Source: Anaeramoeba ignava BMAN (lineage: Eukaryota > Protista > Anaeramoebae). From it: a stretch of DNA of 64,000 nt. The position numbers and the translations under genes were made by a program. Location: assembly GCA_028826165.1 (NCBI GenBank), contig JAPDFW010000137.1:1-64000 (forward strand), in the 5' to 3' direction. Positions 43,101 to 56,900 of this stretch are shown here, piece by piece. The number at the start of each line of letters is the position of its first letter. Within the stretch, counting starts at the first letter, position 1. The notes under the pieces were generated by a model that made no database searches, was not told the DNA's origin, and saw nothing but the letters and a program-made list of their open reading frames with translations.

Positions 43101-46100
43101 TTTTGTGACTGCAAAGCCCCATCCAGCTTCAAATGAACGACGAATCATCGCAGCTGTTGTTGATGGTGGTGAGCTTGCCAATCCAAAAGGATTAGGGAAA
43201 GTCAATCCGGCAACATCGACACTCAGATCGACAAGATCAACCTCTGTAAAGAATCCAGGAAGATTTGGTTCTGCATTTGCAATTTCTTTGTCGCCGTATT
43301 TCATCTGGAGATATCTGTGAATCCCCCACGCTGCTGTCTTGCCGTCGTTTGAGGCTTCCACTGTCATTTTCGATCCTACAATATCTCCTCCCGCAAAGAC
43401 AATCTCGTTTTTCTTGGATTGCATTGTTTCTGCTTCCACAACAGCAAGTCCACGCTCAAAATCAACAAGCGGATCAAGTGCGCGCATAAATGGCGAGTCT
43501 CTCATCTGCGCACCGAAAGCTGATACAATGAAGTCGCATTTAACAAATGATTTCTGATCTGCGTCAATTTCATATACGCCCTTATCGTTCTTTGCGAACC
43601 GCACAAATTCAACCCCGAAAATCTTACCCTCGCGCACATCCACTTTGTTGGGTGTTGAGAACGGGATCAACTCCACTCCCTCCTCTCGCACAGAGACCAA
43701 CTCTTCTTCAACTGCGCGCATGTCGTCTGTGGATCTTCGGAAGCATAATGAAACGCGCTCTGCGCCGCATCTGAACGCTGTAAGACAGCAATCCATGGCA
43801 GTGTCTCCCGCACCAAGCACGATAACATGCCCGTGAAGTTTGGGTAGTTCTTCAAGTTTCTGCACAATGCCTGGTTTTGATGCGAGTGCGGCCTTCTGGA
43901 GAAATGTTTTCGAGGTGTAGAATCCGCTCTCTTCAGTCAGATCCTTAAACGCATCAATGTAATTCGCAAACGGTAATCCAACCCCTAAGAAGATAGCCTC
44001 GTAGTTGTCTTTCTTCAATGTTTCGTAGTTGAATTTCTCTGTTCCAAACTCAGAATTATATTGGATTTTAACTCCCAGATCCTCCATAAGTTTTACTTCC
44101 CATTTGACAGCTTTATATGGAAGTCGGAACGCTGGGATTTCTGCAGAGGATATTCCTCCTGGGAAAGCGTTCTTCTCGAATACTGTGACATTCTTGTATC
44201 CAAGTCTTCCCAGAAACGATCCGCAACTGATGCATGATGGTCCGCTTCCGATTAATGCAATTTTCGCATCAAAAGATTTCGGTAATTTGTCAAGTGCTGG
44301 TAAACTTGGATCCCGAATTTGTGGGATTTTCATTTTCATAAATGTTTCCACTGCGAAGTGTTGTAATCCAGATATGTTGATTGCTCCCCGGCTTGTGTTG
44401 GAAAGATTGCAAGCTCCTGAACAAAGCTCGCTTACTGGGCATACCATTCCGCATGATAATCCCACTGGGTTCTCTGATAAGATCATCTTTGCTGCTCCGT
44501 AAAAGTTCCCTGTTGACATGCATTGAATGAATTGTTTTATATCGACTTGTGCTGGGCAGGATTTTGTACATGGTGCATCTGCGCATTTGAGGCATCTTCT
44601 TGCTTCTACGATTGCTTCTTCTTGTGTGAGTGTTGTTTTTTTGATATCTTCGAAGTTATTATGTAGTTCGCATCCCTTTTTAAATTCATTTTAAAATTTA
44701 TTTTTAAAATTTATAATTAAACTCATTTTAAATTTATAATTATATTTATAATTATATTTATAATTATATTTATAATTATATTTATAATTATATTTATAAT
44801 TATATTTATAATTATATTTATAATTAAATTTATAATTATATTTATAATTATATTTATAATTATATTTATAATTATATTTATAATTAAATTTATAATTATA
44901 TTTATAATTATATTTATAATCAAATTTATAATAAAATTTATAATTAAATTTATAATTAAATTTAAAATTAAATTTATAATTAAATTTATAATTAAATTTA
45001 TAATTATATTTATAATTAAATTTATAATTAGATTTATAATTAGATTTAAAATTAGATTTATAATTAAATTTATAATTAAATTTATAATTAAATTTATAAT
45101 TATATTTATAATTAAATTTATATTTAAATTTATAATTAAATTTATAATTAGATTTATAATTAGATTTAAAATTAAATTCATAATTAAATTTATAATTAAA
45201 TTTATAATTAAATTCATAATTAAATTTATAATTATATTTATAATTATATTTATAATTATATTTATAATTAAATTTATAATTATATTTATAATTATATTTA
45301 TAATCAAATTTATAATTAAATTTATAATTAATTTTTATAATTAGATTTATAATTAAATTTATAATTAAATTTATAATTAAATTTATAATTAAATTTATAA
45401 TTATATTTATAATTAAATATTATAATTATATTTATAATTATATTTATAATTAAATTTATAATTAAATTTATAATTAAATTTATAATTAAATTTATAATTA
45501 AATTTATAATAAAATTTATTTTAAAATTTATTTTACAATTTATAATTAAATTTATAATTAAATTTATAATTAGATTTATAATTAAATTCATAATTAAATT
45601 TATAATTATATTTATAATTAAATTTACAATTAAATTTATAATTAAATTTACAATTAAATTTATAATAAAATTTATAATTAAATTTATAATTAAATTTATA
45701 ATTAAATTTATAATTAAATTTACAATTAAATTTATAATAAAATTTATAATTAAATTTATAATTAAATTTATAATTAAATTTAAAATTAAATTTATAATAA
45801 AAATTTATAATTAAATTTATAATAAAATTTATAATTAAATTTATAATTAAATTTATAATTAAATTTATAATTAAATTTATAATTAAATTTATAATTAAAT
45901 TTATAATTAAATTTATAATTAAATTTATAATTAAATTTATAATTAAATTTATAATTAAATTTAAAATTAAATTTATAATTAGATTTATAATTAAATTTAT
46001 AATTAGATTTATAATTATATTTATAATTAAATTTATAATTAAATTTATAATTAAATTTATAATTAAATATATAACTAAATTTATAATTATATTTATAATT

Positions 46101-47945
46101 ATATTTATAATTAAATTTATAATTAAATTTATAATTAAATTAATAACAAAATTTATAATAAAATTTATAATTAAATTTATAATTAAATTTATAATTAAAT
46201 TTATAATTAAATTTATATTTAAATTTATATTTAAATTTATAATTAAATTTATAATTAGATTTATAATTAAATTTATAATTAGATTTATAATTAAATTTTA
46301 TATTTAAATTTATATTTTAAATTTATATTTAAATTATAATTAAATTTATAATTATATTTATAATTATATATTTATAATTAAATTTATAATTAAATTTATA
46401 TTTAAATTTATAATTAAATTTATATTTATATTTATAATTAAATTTATAATTAAATTTATAATTAAATTATAATTAAATTTATAATTAAATTTATAATTAT
46501 ATTTATAATTAAATTTATAATTAAATATATAATTAAATTTATAATTAGATTTATAATTAAATTTATAATTAAATTTATAATTAAAATTTATAATAAAATT
46601 TATAATTATATTTTTATATATTTATATTTTATATTTTAATTAAATTTATAATTAAATTTATAATTAGATTTATAATTAAATTTATAATTAGATTTATAAT
46701 TAAATTTATAATTATATTTATAATTAAATTTATAATTAAATTTATAATTAAATTTATAATTAAATTTATAATTAAATTATAATTAGATTTATAATTAAAT
46801 TTATAATTATATTTATAATTAAATTTATAATTAAATTTATAATTAAATTTATAATTAAATTTATAATTAAATTTATAATAAAATTTATAATTAAATTTAT
46901 AATTAAATTTATAATTAAATTTATAATTATATTTATAATTAAATTTATAATTAAATTTATATTTATATTTATATTTAGATTTATAATTAAATTTATAATT
47001 AAATTTATAATTAAATTTATAATTAAATTTATAATTAAATTTATAATTAAATTTATAATTAAATTTATAATTAAATTTACTTCAAAATTTATAATTATAT
47101 TTATAATTAAATTTACAATTAAATTTATAATAAAATTTATAATTAAATTTATAATTAAATATATAATTATATATATAATTAAATTTATAATTAGATTTAT
47201 AATTAAATTTATAATTAGATTTATAATTAAATTTATAATTAGATTTATAATTAAATTTATAATTAGATTTATAATTAAATTTATAATTAGATTTATAATT
47301 AGATTTATAATTAGATTTATAATTAAATTTATAATTAGATTTATAATTATATTTATAATTAAATTTATAATTAAATTTATAATTAAATTTATAATTAAAT
47401 TTATAATTAAATTTATAATTAAATTTATAATAAAATTTATAATTATATTTATAATTAGATTTATAATTAAATTTATAATTAGATATATAATTAAATATAT
47501 AATTAAATTTATATTTAAATTTATATTTAAATTTATATTTAAATTTATAATTAAATTTATAATTAGATTTATAATTAAATTTATAATTAAATTTATAATT
47601 AAATTTATAATTAAATTTATAATTAAATTCATTTTAAAATTTATAATTAAATTTATAATTAAATTTATAATTAGATTTATTCGTATTTGTTTGTTTTTGT
47701 TTTTGTTTGTTTTTTAGGATTAAATTAAAGTTTTCTTTTGTTTTAAACCAATTAAACAATTAACTGAAAAAAAAATTTTTTTTTATATGAAATTATCTTA
47801 CGTGACATTTAATATTTCTTTTCCACTTCTTTTGATTTGCTCTTGTTATTTTTGTTGTTTGGACTTTGGCAAATCTTCTAACATGAGAATCAAGTGCAAG
47901 AATTTCTTTTTCTTTTTCTGAAATAAGAGTTATTTTAGATTCCAT
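40129..47945 (-). CDS. DPYD: Dihydropyrimidine dehydrogenase (NADP+), eukaryotic single-chain type
   Basis: Exons 47945-47802, 44675-41951 and 40358-40129 join in frame. Motifs [73 protein letters not shown]. Confidence 0.95.
40359..41950 (-). repeat. 1.6-kb DPYD intron of (AAATT/AAATC)n
   Basis: Pentamer array with GT/AG ends on the minus strand. Confidence 0.9.
44676..47801 (-). repeat. 3.1-kb DPYD intron of (ATAATTAAATTT)n
   Basis: 12-mer array with GT/AG ends on the minus strand. Confidence 0.9.
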
Positions 47946-48194
47946 TATTAAAATCTAAAAAAAAATGAAAAAAAAAATTTTAATTTTTAAATTTTAATTT
48001 TTAATTTTTATTTATTAAGAAAAAAAGTAAAAAAGTAAAAGAAAGAGAAAGAGAATAGATCTATTCAAGAAATCCAAAATAAAATTCAGGATTAAAAGAA
48101 GAAGATTAAAAGAAAAAAGAAAGAAAAGAGCAAAAATTTTGCTTTTTTTTGTTTTTTTTTGCTTTTTCTTTGTTTTCTTTTTGTTTTTAAGATT

Positions 48195-50448
48195 TCAATT
48201 TTGTCCACAAACTGAAGCAACAAACTCAAATAATTCTTTCTCTTCAATCCGATCATTAATACTATTTTTAATTCTTCTGAAAGTACTTAGACCATTAGGC
48301 AAAATTTTATCAGGTCTTTCTCTCAAAACAACCCAAGTATTAGTTTGACTATCAAAAGAGCATTCAACAATTTTATTATCAAAATATGACAACTGAGGAT
48401 TTCTTATTGAACTGACAATTACCTCATTGCCTTTACTCATGACAACAAAATTCGCAAGACTTCGATCATTTAAATCAATTCGAACTCGAAAATCAGCTGT
48501 GTTCAAATATGGTGGTTTCCATTTCAATAATTTTTCAAAGCGATCTGGTGTGTATTTCTCATTTACTGGTGTGAAAATTAATCCATCTGAATTATGTTTT
48601 AATTCTTTCACATAATTTTTTAATATTGTTTTTGTGTATTTCAACTCAAACATTTCTTTGAATACAATTTCAAATTCTGCTTTTGTTTTTTGTTTTGTTT
48701 TTTGTATTCTTTCAAGAAGTTCGCGAATTGCTCCTAATCGTGTATCAAGATGTTTTTCAATAAAAGATCTGCCATCAAAACAAAGTAAATCATAAACCAA
48801 AAAAACTAATTTCGTTTGAATTTGATTTTGATTTTGGATTTGAATTTGAATTTGAATTTGATTTTCATTTTGATCTAAATTTTGATCTTGATTTGAATTT
48901 TGATTTGAATTTTGATTCGAATTTTGATTTGAATTTTGATTTGAATTTTGATTTGAATTTGGTTTTGCTTCAATATATTCTTCAACCATTTCTCCATCAA
49001 CTATTGTAATTCCTAAATGAGGAAAATTCATATCAACTTTATAAAAACTAAAATTTCTATCACACAAATAAGTTTCACTATCTAAAATAACCATAAAAAA
49101 TCTTGTTCCATCTGCTTTCCAAGTCACCCAAAATCTCTGTTTCTTTAAAAAATCTATATTGTTTTTATCTAAAGAAACTGGTTGAGCTCCTGGAAAATGC
49201 TCATCTGGGAATTGTTTGTCGGGAAATAAATTTAATACAGCTTTTCGTAGTTTTTCTTGTTCTTGATCATTAACTTTTTGGAATTGAATTTCTGGATTAA
49301 CAACTCCAGTATGTCCGTTTTGATTATTATTGTTTTGATGATAATTATTTTGATGATAATTATTTTGATGATAATTATTTTGATGATAATTATTTTTGAT
49401 GATAGTTGTTTTGAATTTGATTTTGAATTTGATTTTGATGATAATTATTTTGATGATAGTTGTTTTGATTTTGAATTTGATGATAATTATTTTGAATTTG
49501 ATTTTGATGATAATTATTTTGAATTTGATTATTTTGGTGATAATTATTTTGATGATAGTTGTTTTGATTTTGAATTTGATTTTGATGATAATTATTTTGA
49601 TGATAATTATTTTGAAGATAATTATTTTGATGATAATTATTTTGATGATAATTATTTTGATTTTGATTATAATTATTTTGAATTTGATTTTCATTTTGAT
49701 TTTCATTTTCATTTTCATTTTCATTTCCATTTTCATTTTCATTTTCATTTTCATTTTCATTTTCATTTTCATTTTCATTTTCATTTTCATTTTCATTTTC
49801 ATTTTGATTTTCATTTTCATTTTCATTTTCATTTTCATTTTCATTTTCATTTTCATTTTCATTTTCATTTTCATTTTCATTTTTATTTTCATTTTCATTT
49901 TCATTTTCATTTTCATTTTCATTTTCATTTTCATTTTCATTTTCATTTTCATTTTCATTTTCATTTTCATTTTCATTTTCATTTTCATTTTCATTTTCAT
50001 TTTCATTTTCATTTTCATTTTCATTTTCATTTTCATTTTCATTTTCATTTTCATTTTCATTTTCATTTTCATTTTGATTTTCATTTTCATTTTCATTTTC
50101 ATTTTCATTTTCATTTTCATTTTCATTTTGATATCTAATTTGATTTTCATTTTGATATCTAATTTGATTTTCATTTTGAATTCTAATTTGAATTAGATTT
50201 TGAATTCTAATTCGATTTTTAATTTCATTATTATTTTTATTATTTTGATTTTTATAATAATTATAATAATTCTGTTTTGGATTTGCATCTTTTTGTATAA
50301 TTCTTTCTTGTTCGTTTTTTATTTTTATTTTTTGTTCTTTTTTATTTTCCTTTCTTTTTCTTTTAATTTCTTCTTGTTCTTGTTCTTGTTTTTGTTCTTG
50401 TTCTTCCCCATTTCTTTTATTATTTTGTAAATGTTTTCTTGAATTCAT
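48195..50448 (-). CDS. mRNA capping enzyme guanylyltransferase with a long low-complexity N-terminus; 1-nt frame break near 49390
   Basis: Nucleotidyltransferase motifs FPGAQPVSL, KADGTR (I), IVDGEMV (III), FLVYDLL (IIIa), DGLIF (IV), LLKWKP (V), LRERPDK..PN (VI). ORF 49390..50448 supplies the likely start and switches frame within the QNNYH repeats. Confidence 0.85.
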
Positions 50449-50975
50449 TTCTTAAATATAATTTTTAATTTTATAAATTTTATTTTTACTATTTAGTTTA
50501 TATAATTTTATTTGTATTTTTCTATTATTATTATTGTTATTATTATTGTTTTTTTTTTGAAAAATTTTTTAAATAAAGTAAATTTCAAAAAAAAAAATGA
50601 AAGTTTGTGAGTTAATTAATTTAATTATTTAGTTATTTAAATAATTTTATAATTAATTAAAAAAGGAAAATTAAAAAAAAAAATGAAAAAAAAAATATTA
50701 AAAAAAAATTTTTTTTCGTCTTTTTATTTTTTTTTCTCCTTTTTATTTTTTAATTTTATTTTAAATAACAACTGGATATTTTGTGTTATTTTTTTAATTA
50801 AAAATTAAAAATTAAATTAAATTGATCAAGAAACAAGAAATTAAATTAGATTTAAAAATTGAATATTTTTTTTTTGTTTATTTATTGAAATAAAAAATTT
50901 TTTTTTTCATTTTCATTTTTTCTTTCATTTTTATTTTTTCTTTTATTTTCTTTTATTTGGATTTAATTTGAAATT

Positions 50976-53900
50976 ATGGACAGTTCATATCAAACACTTA
51001 TTAATGAATGGAAAAAGATCGGTTGTGTAAAAGTCAAATATTTTTCTCAATTTTTAATGAATCAATTTTTATTTTTTTTTTATAAAAAATTTAATCAATT
51101 TAATCAATTTAATCAAAGAATGTTGTTCAACCGATAAAAACTGTTAATTTAAGACTTGAACCAAAAAAAGTTTTATTATCACAAAATGATGTTATTTTAA
51201 CAAAAGATAATCAAGTTTATCAATTTGATATTCAAGTATTTTTAATCAAAACAAAAATTTAATTTAAATTTATAAGATCAAAAAAAACTCAAATTAAATT
51301 AAAAAACAACTATAAAATTTATTTAACAATTTAATTAACAATTTAATTAACAATTTCAAGATCAATTTAATTAACTATTTAATTAACTATTTAATTAACT
51401 ATTTAATAAATGATTTCAAGATCAATTTAATATTTGATTTCAAGATCAATTTAATAATCCATTTAACAATTCATTTATCAATTTATTTATCAATTTATTT
51501 ATCAATTTATCAATAAATTTATAATTAATTTCTTAATTTCTCAATATAATAATCAAATCAAAACTTTAAAATCAATCTAATAATCCATTTAACAATAAAT
51601 TTAATAATAAATTAATTTCTTAATTTCTCAATATAATAATCAAATCAAAACTTTAAAATGAAATTATCAATCCATTTAACAATTTATTTATCAATTTAAT
51701 AATCCATTTAAAAATAAATTAATTTCTTAATTTCTCAATATAATAATCAAATCAAAACTTTAAAATGAATTTATCGATCCATTTAACAATTTATTTATCA
51801 ATAAATTTAATATTTGATTTCAAGATCAATTTATCTATCAATTTATTTATCAATTTATTTATCAATTTATTTATCAATTTGTTTATCAATTTATTTATAA
51901 ATTTGTTTATCAATTTATTTATCAATTTATTTAATAATTTATTTATCAATTTATTTATCAATTTATTTATCAATTTATTTATCAATTTATTTATCAATTT
52001 GTTTATCAATTTATTTATCAATTTATTTAATAATTTATTTATCAATTTGTTTATCAATTTATTTATCTATTTATTTATCTATTTATTTATCAATTTATTT
52101 ATCAATTTATTTATCAATTTATTTATCAATTTATTTATCAATTTATCTATCAATTTATTTATCAATTTAATAATCCATTTAACAATAAATTTAATATTTG
52201 ATTTCAAGATCAATTTATTTATCAATTTATTTATCAATTTATTTATCAATTGATTTATCTATTTATTTATCAATTTATTTATCAATTTATTTATAATTAA
52301 TTTCTTAATTTCTCAATATAATAATCAAATCAAAACTTTAAAATGAATTTATCGATCCATTTAACAATCGATTTAACAATTTATTTAATAATAAATTAAT
52401 TTCTTAATTTCTCAATATAATAATCAAATCAAAACTTTAAAATGAATTTATCGATCCATTTAACAATTTATTTATCAATAAATTTAATATTTGATTTCAA
52501 GATCAATTTATCTATCAATTTATTTATCAATTTATTTATCAATTTATTTATCAATTTGTTTATCAATTTATTTATAAATTTGTTTATCAATTTATTTATC
52601 AATTTATTTAATAATTTATTTATCAATTTATTTATCAATTTATTTATCAATTTATTTATCAATTTATTTATCAATTTGTTTATCAATTTATTTATCAATT
52701 TATTTAATAATTTATTTATCAATTTATTTATCAATTTATTTATTAATTTATTTATCAATTTATTTATCAATTTGTTTATAATTTATTTATCAATTTATTT
52801 ATCAATTAATCTATCAATTAATCTATCAATTTATTTATCAATTTATTTATCTATTTGTTTATCTATTTGTTTATTATTTATCAATTTATTTATCAATTTA
52901 TCTAAAAGAATGAATCTCAAATCGCAAAATTAAAAAAACATGAATCTAAAATCAAATTCATTTTGAGACAAGAAAATACACTTATAACATCAGATAGCGA
53001 AGGTCTTATCGTTATCTGGAATTTAATCGAAAAAAGAATCCAAAGATTAATCAAGCTAACAAGTTCTGTCACAAGCATGACTATATACAAAACAACACTA
53101 TTTGCAAGCTCTCTTACTCCATCAATCATTCACCAATGGGATTTTAAAACAGGAGAAAAAATTACTCAATATGAAGGTCATGAAAAATCTATTAATCAAA
53201 TCCAATTTTTACCTCAAAAATCTACTCTCTATTCTTGTTCAGATGATGGAACTGTTATTGCTTGGTCTACTTCTGTTAGTTTATTCTTTCGAAATAATAT
53301 TTATATTTATATTTATATTTTAAATCAAATTATCAATTTAGGATCAAAACAAAAAAATCCGTTTAAAATTCCAAGGACATTATGATCCAGTTGTTTGTTT
53401 TTGTATTATGGAAGAAAAAGATTTGCTTTTTACAGGTTCAAAAGGTAATTCTTTCTTTTTTTCAAAATTCAAAATTCAAAATTCAAAATTCAAAATTGAT
53501 TTTTTTTTGATTTGATTTGGAAATGTAGATCTTACAGTTATTTGTTGGGATATGAAAGTAAAAAATATTTCCATTTCTTTCTGTTTTTGTTTTTCTTTCT
53601 TGTTTTCTTTTATATCATAATTTTTCAAAAAAAACAAAAACAAACAAACAAACAAAAAGAATGCTCAACCAATCCAAAAATTTTATGATTTTTCATCATT
53701 GACTACAAAAATGATCGCAGAAAAAAATCAAGTATTTATTGGATTTGATGATGGCACAGTTATCGGTATCAAACCAAATAGAAGAAAATCATTTGAAGTT
53801 GGAGTGTATCCAGGACACCAACAAAAGAATTACAGAAATTCGCACCTTTGAAAAAAGAATAATCACATCATCAGAAGATGAAACAATTCGAATTTTTTCA

Positions 53901-56900
53901 ATAGACTCGAAAAAATCAAAAATACTTTGTGAAGGACACAAATCGAGTGTAAAAACCTTTTCCACTTCTAACGAAGGAAATCTTGTATCAATAGATGCAG
54001 ATGGAGAAGTATTTTTTTGGCCAGTAAAAATTTTAAAAGCAGAAAAGGAAAACAAAAAGAAAACAAAGAAAACAAAAACAAGAACAAACGAAGAAATTCC
54101 CAAACAAGAAATAGAAAAATCAATACTATCATCCAAAAAACTGAATGAAAAAGTAACAGTGTTTATTGACGGAAAACAATATCAAGGAGATTCAAACAAA
54201 AGTATTTTGGAAGTTTGCAGAGAAAATGGGATTGATATCCCGTCTTTGTGTTATCATCCACGATTGCATCCACTTTCCACATGCAAATGCTGCGTTGTGC
54301 AAATTGAAACCACAGCAAACTGTTTCCGCAAAGCGTGTGCATGTGCAACGGAAATTCGGGATGGGATGAAAATAATCACAAATTCAAATGAAATCAAAGG
54401 GTTTCAAAGAAACGCAATTTTGGAGTTGCGACAAAAACAGCGCAGTCGAGCATTAACTCTCAAAGACGAGAGTTTCGACAAATCAACGGAATTTGGACGT
54501 TTACTCACGAATGTATACGATAAATTTGTGGATAATTCCAATGGGGCAATTTCTATTGATTTATCCAAATGCATTGATTGCGCAAGATGTGCTCAAGTCT
54601 GCGACAAAATCCAAGGCATGTCAATCATCTCGTTTCCTGCGCGATCCATTGGCGCCATTGAAACAGTTCTACGTACAAAAGGGAATTTTCTTTCGGAATC
54701 ATCTTGTATTGCTTGCGGACAGTGTTCCGTTTTTTGCCCCACTGATGCCATCTCAGAATTTGATCAAACTTCTGTTTTAAAGCAGCAAATCAAGCTTGGC
54801 GACAAGAGACTTGTTGTTGGAATTGCACCTTCTGCAAGAGTCTCTATTGCAGAGGAGTTTGAAATGGAACCAGGTGCTATTTCTGTTGAAAAGTTTGTCT
54901 CTGCTTTGAGAATGCTTGGTTTTGATGATGTTTTCGATCTTCAGTTTACTGCTGATTTAACAATTATGGAAGAGGGAACTGAGTTGTTAAAAAGATTGAA
55001 AGATCCAAATGCAGTTCTTCCAATGTTCACATCCTGTTGTCCTGCTTGGATTAATATGGTGGAAAAAGTATATTAATTAAAAAGAATTTCAATCCAAAAA
55101 TTTATTTATTTATTTATTTATTCTATAATAAGTTGTATCCATTTCTAATACCTCATCTTTCAAGTGTAAAATCTCCTCAACAAATATTTGGAGCAATTGT
55201 TAAAACTTTTTATGCTCATAAAATCAAAATTGATCCACAAAATATTTATTGTGTAACAATTACACCTTGTACTGCAAAAAAACAAGAAATTCATCGTGAA
55301 GAAATGAAATCTTCAGGTTTTCAAGATGTGGATCTTGCTTTAACAGTAAGAGAAATAGGAAAAATGCTGAGAGAAATTTCGATTAATTGGGAATCAATTA
55401 AAGAAACATCATTTGATGATCCTCTTGGAAAGTCTTCTGGTTCTGGTTCTTTATTTGCGTCAACTGGTGGAGTTATGGTAGATTTCGATTTAATATTGTT
55501 TTAAATATTTTAAATATTTATTTAATATTGTTTTAATAATATTTTAAATATAGGAAGCAGCAATAAGAACTGCATATGAAATTGAAACCAAAAAAACATT
55601 TCCAAAATTGGTATTCCAGGAATTAAGAGGATTAGAAAACATAAAACAAACAACAATAGAATTTGAAGAAAGAAACACTAAAGTTAGTTGTAGTTAACAG
55701 TGGAGCATCAATACACAAACTAATCAACGATTTCCAAAAGGGATTAATAACATTCGATTTTGCAGAGGTGATGGCATGCCCAGGAGGATGTCTTGGAGGC
55801 GGAGGACAGCCACGTTCACATATCAACATTTTACCCAAAAGAATACAAGCAGTTTATGACAACGAATTTTCACTTCCATATAGAAAATCACACACAAACA
55901 AATCAATAATGAAAATTTATGAAAAATTTCTGAACGAACCAATGTCAGAAATATCAAGAAAATTACTTCACACAAAATATCGACCAAACGCGCATCAAAG
56001 TGAAGTCAAACAAAACTCAATCAATATGTTTAAATTTGTTATGGAAGGTCTTAGTGAACATAACTCTGTCCTTGTTTTATTCGGATCTCAAACTGGAACT
56101 GCTGAAATGGCTGCAATTAAAATTACACAAATTTTATTAGAATCCAAAATCAAAGCAAGACTTTTTGAAATGAATAATTATCCCATTACAAATTTATCTT
56201 CAGAAAAATTCGTTATTCTTATCACTTCCACTTTTTGGGAAGGATCTTTTCCTGAAAATGCAATCCAATTTTGGAAAGATTTGCAATCCTTCTCCTTCAG
56301 ATTGAAAAACATTAAATATTCCATTTTTGGTTTAGGTAATTCAACTTATACTCATTTTAATCATGCAGGTCGATTGTTGGATATTCAATTAAAAAAATTA
56401 GGAGCTCATTGTTTTTTAAAAATGGGAGAAGGTGATTATCAAGCTCCAGATGGGTAAATCAAAAATTCAAATCAAATTTAAATCAAAATTAAATCAAAAT
56501 TTAAATCAAAAATTAAATCAAAATTTCAAATCAAAATTTAAATCAAAAAATCAAAAATTAAATCAAAATCAAATATTAAATCAAAATTAAATCAAATTAA
56601 ATCAAAAATTAAATCAAAAATTAAATCAAAAAGGTATTAAATCAAAATAAATCAAAATCAAATATTTAAATCAAAAATTAAATCAAAAAAATCAAAAATT
56701 AAATAAATCAAAAATTTAAAAAAATTTAAATCAAAATTAAATCAAATATTAAATCAATATTAAATCAAAATTTAAATCAAAATTTAAATCAAAATTAAAT
56801 CAAAAATTAAATCAAATATTAAATTAAATTTAAATCAAATATTAAATCAAAATTAAATCAAATTTAAATCAAAATCAAATCAAAAATTAAAATTTATTTT

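Noticed and set aside
41981-44595. Many overlapping short ORFs on both strands
   Set aside because: Shadow frames of the GC-richer DPYD exon, with no recognisable motifs.
44723-47632. Long low-complexity ORFs (INLI, ILIL, DIEI, KMKM, NYKI types) here and at 25763, 25905, 32814, 51765 and 59144
   Set aside because: They are stop-free readings of intronic or intergenic satellites.
53843-53852. CTT TGA resembling the prfB +1 frameshift site at the end of the WD40 frame
   Set aside because: WD40 consensus (RITEIRTF) already lies in the +1 frame about 25 nt earlier, so the break is upstream and an indel is simpler.
54140-55980. Interpretation as Nar1/IOP1 rather than a hydrogenase
   Set aside because: TSCCPAW, the L2 lysine, GGGGQP and the N-terminal 2Fe-2S and 2x[4Fe-4S] domains fit true HydA enzymes.
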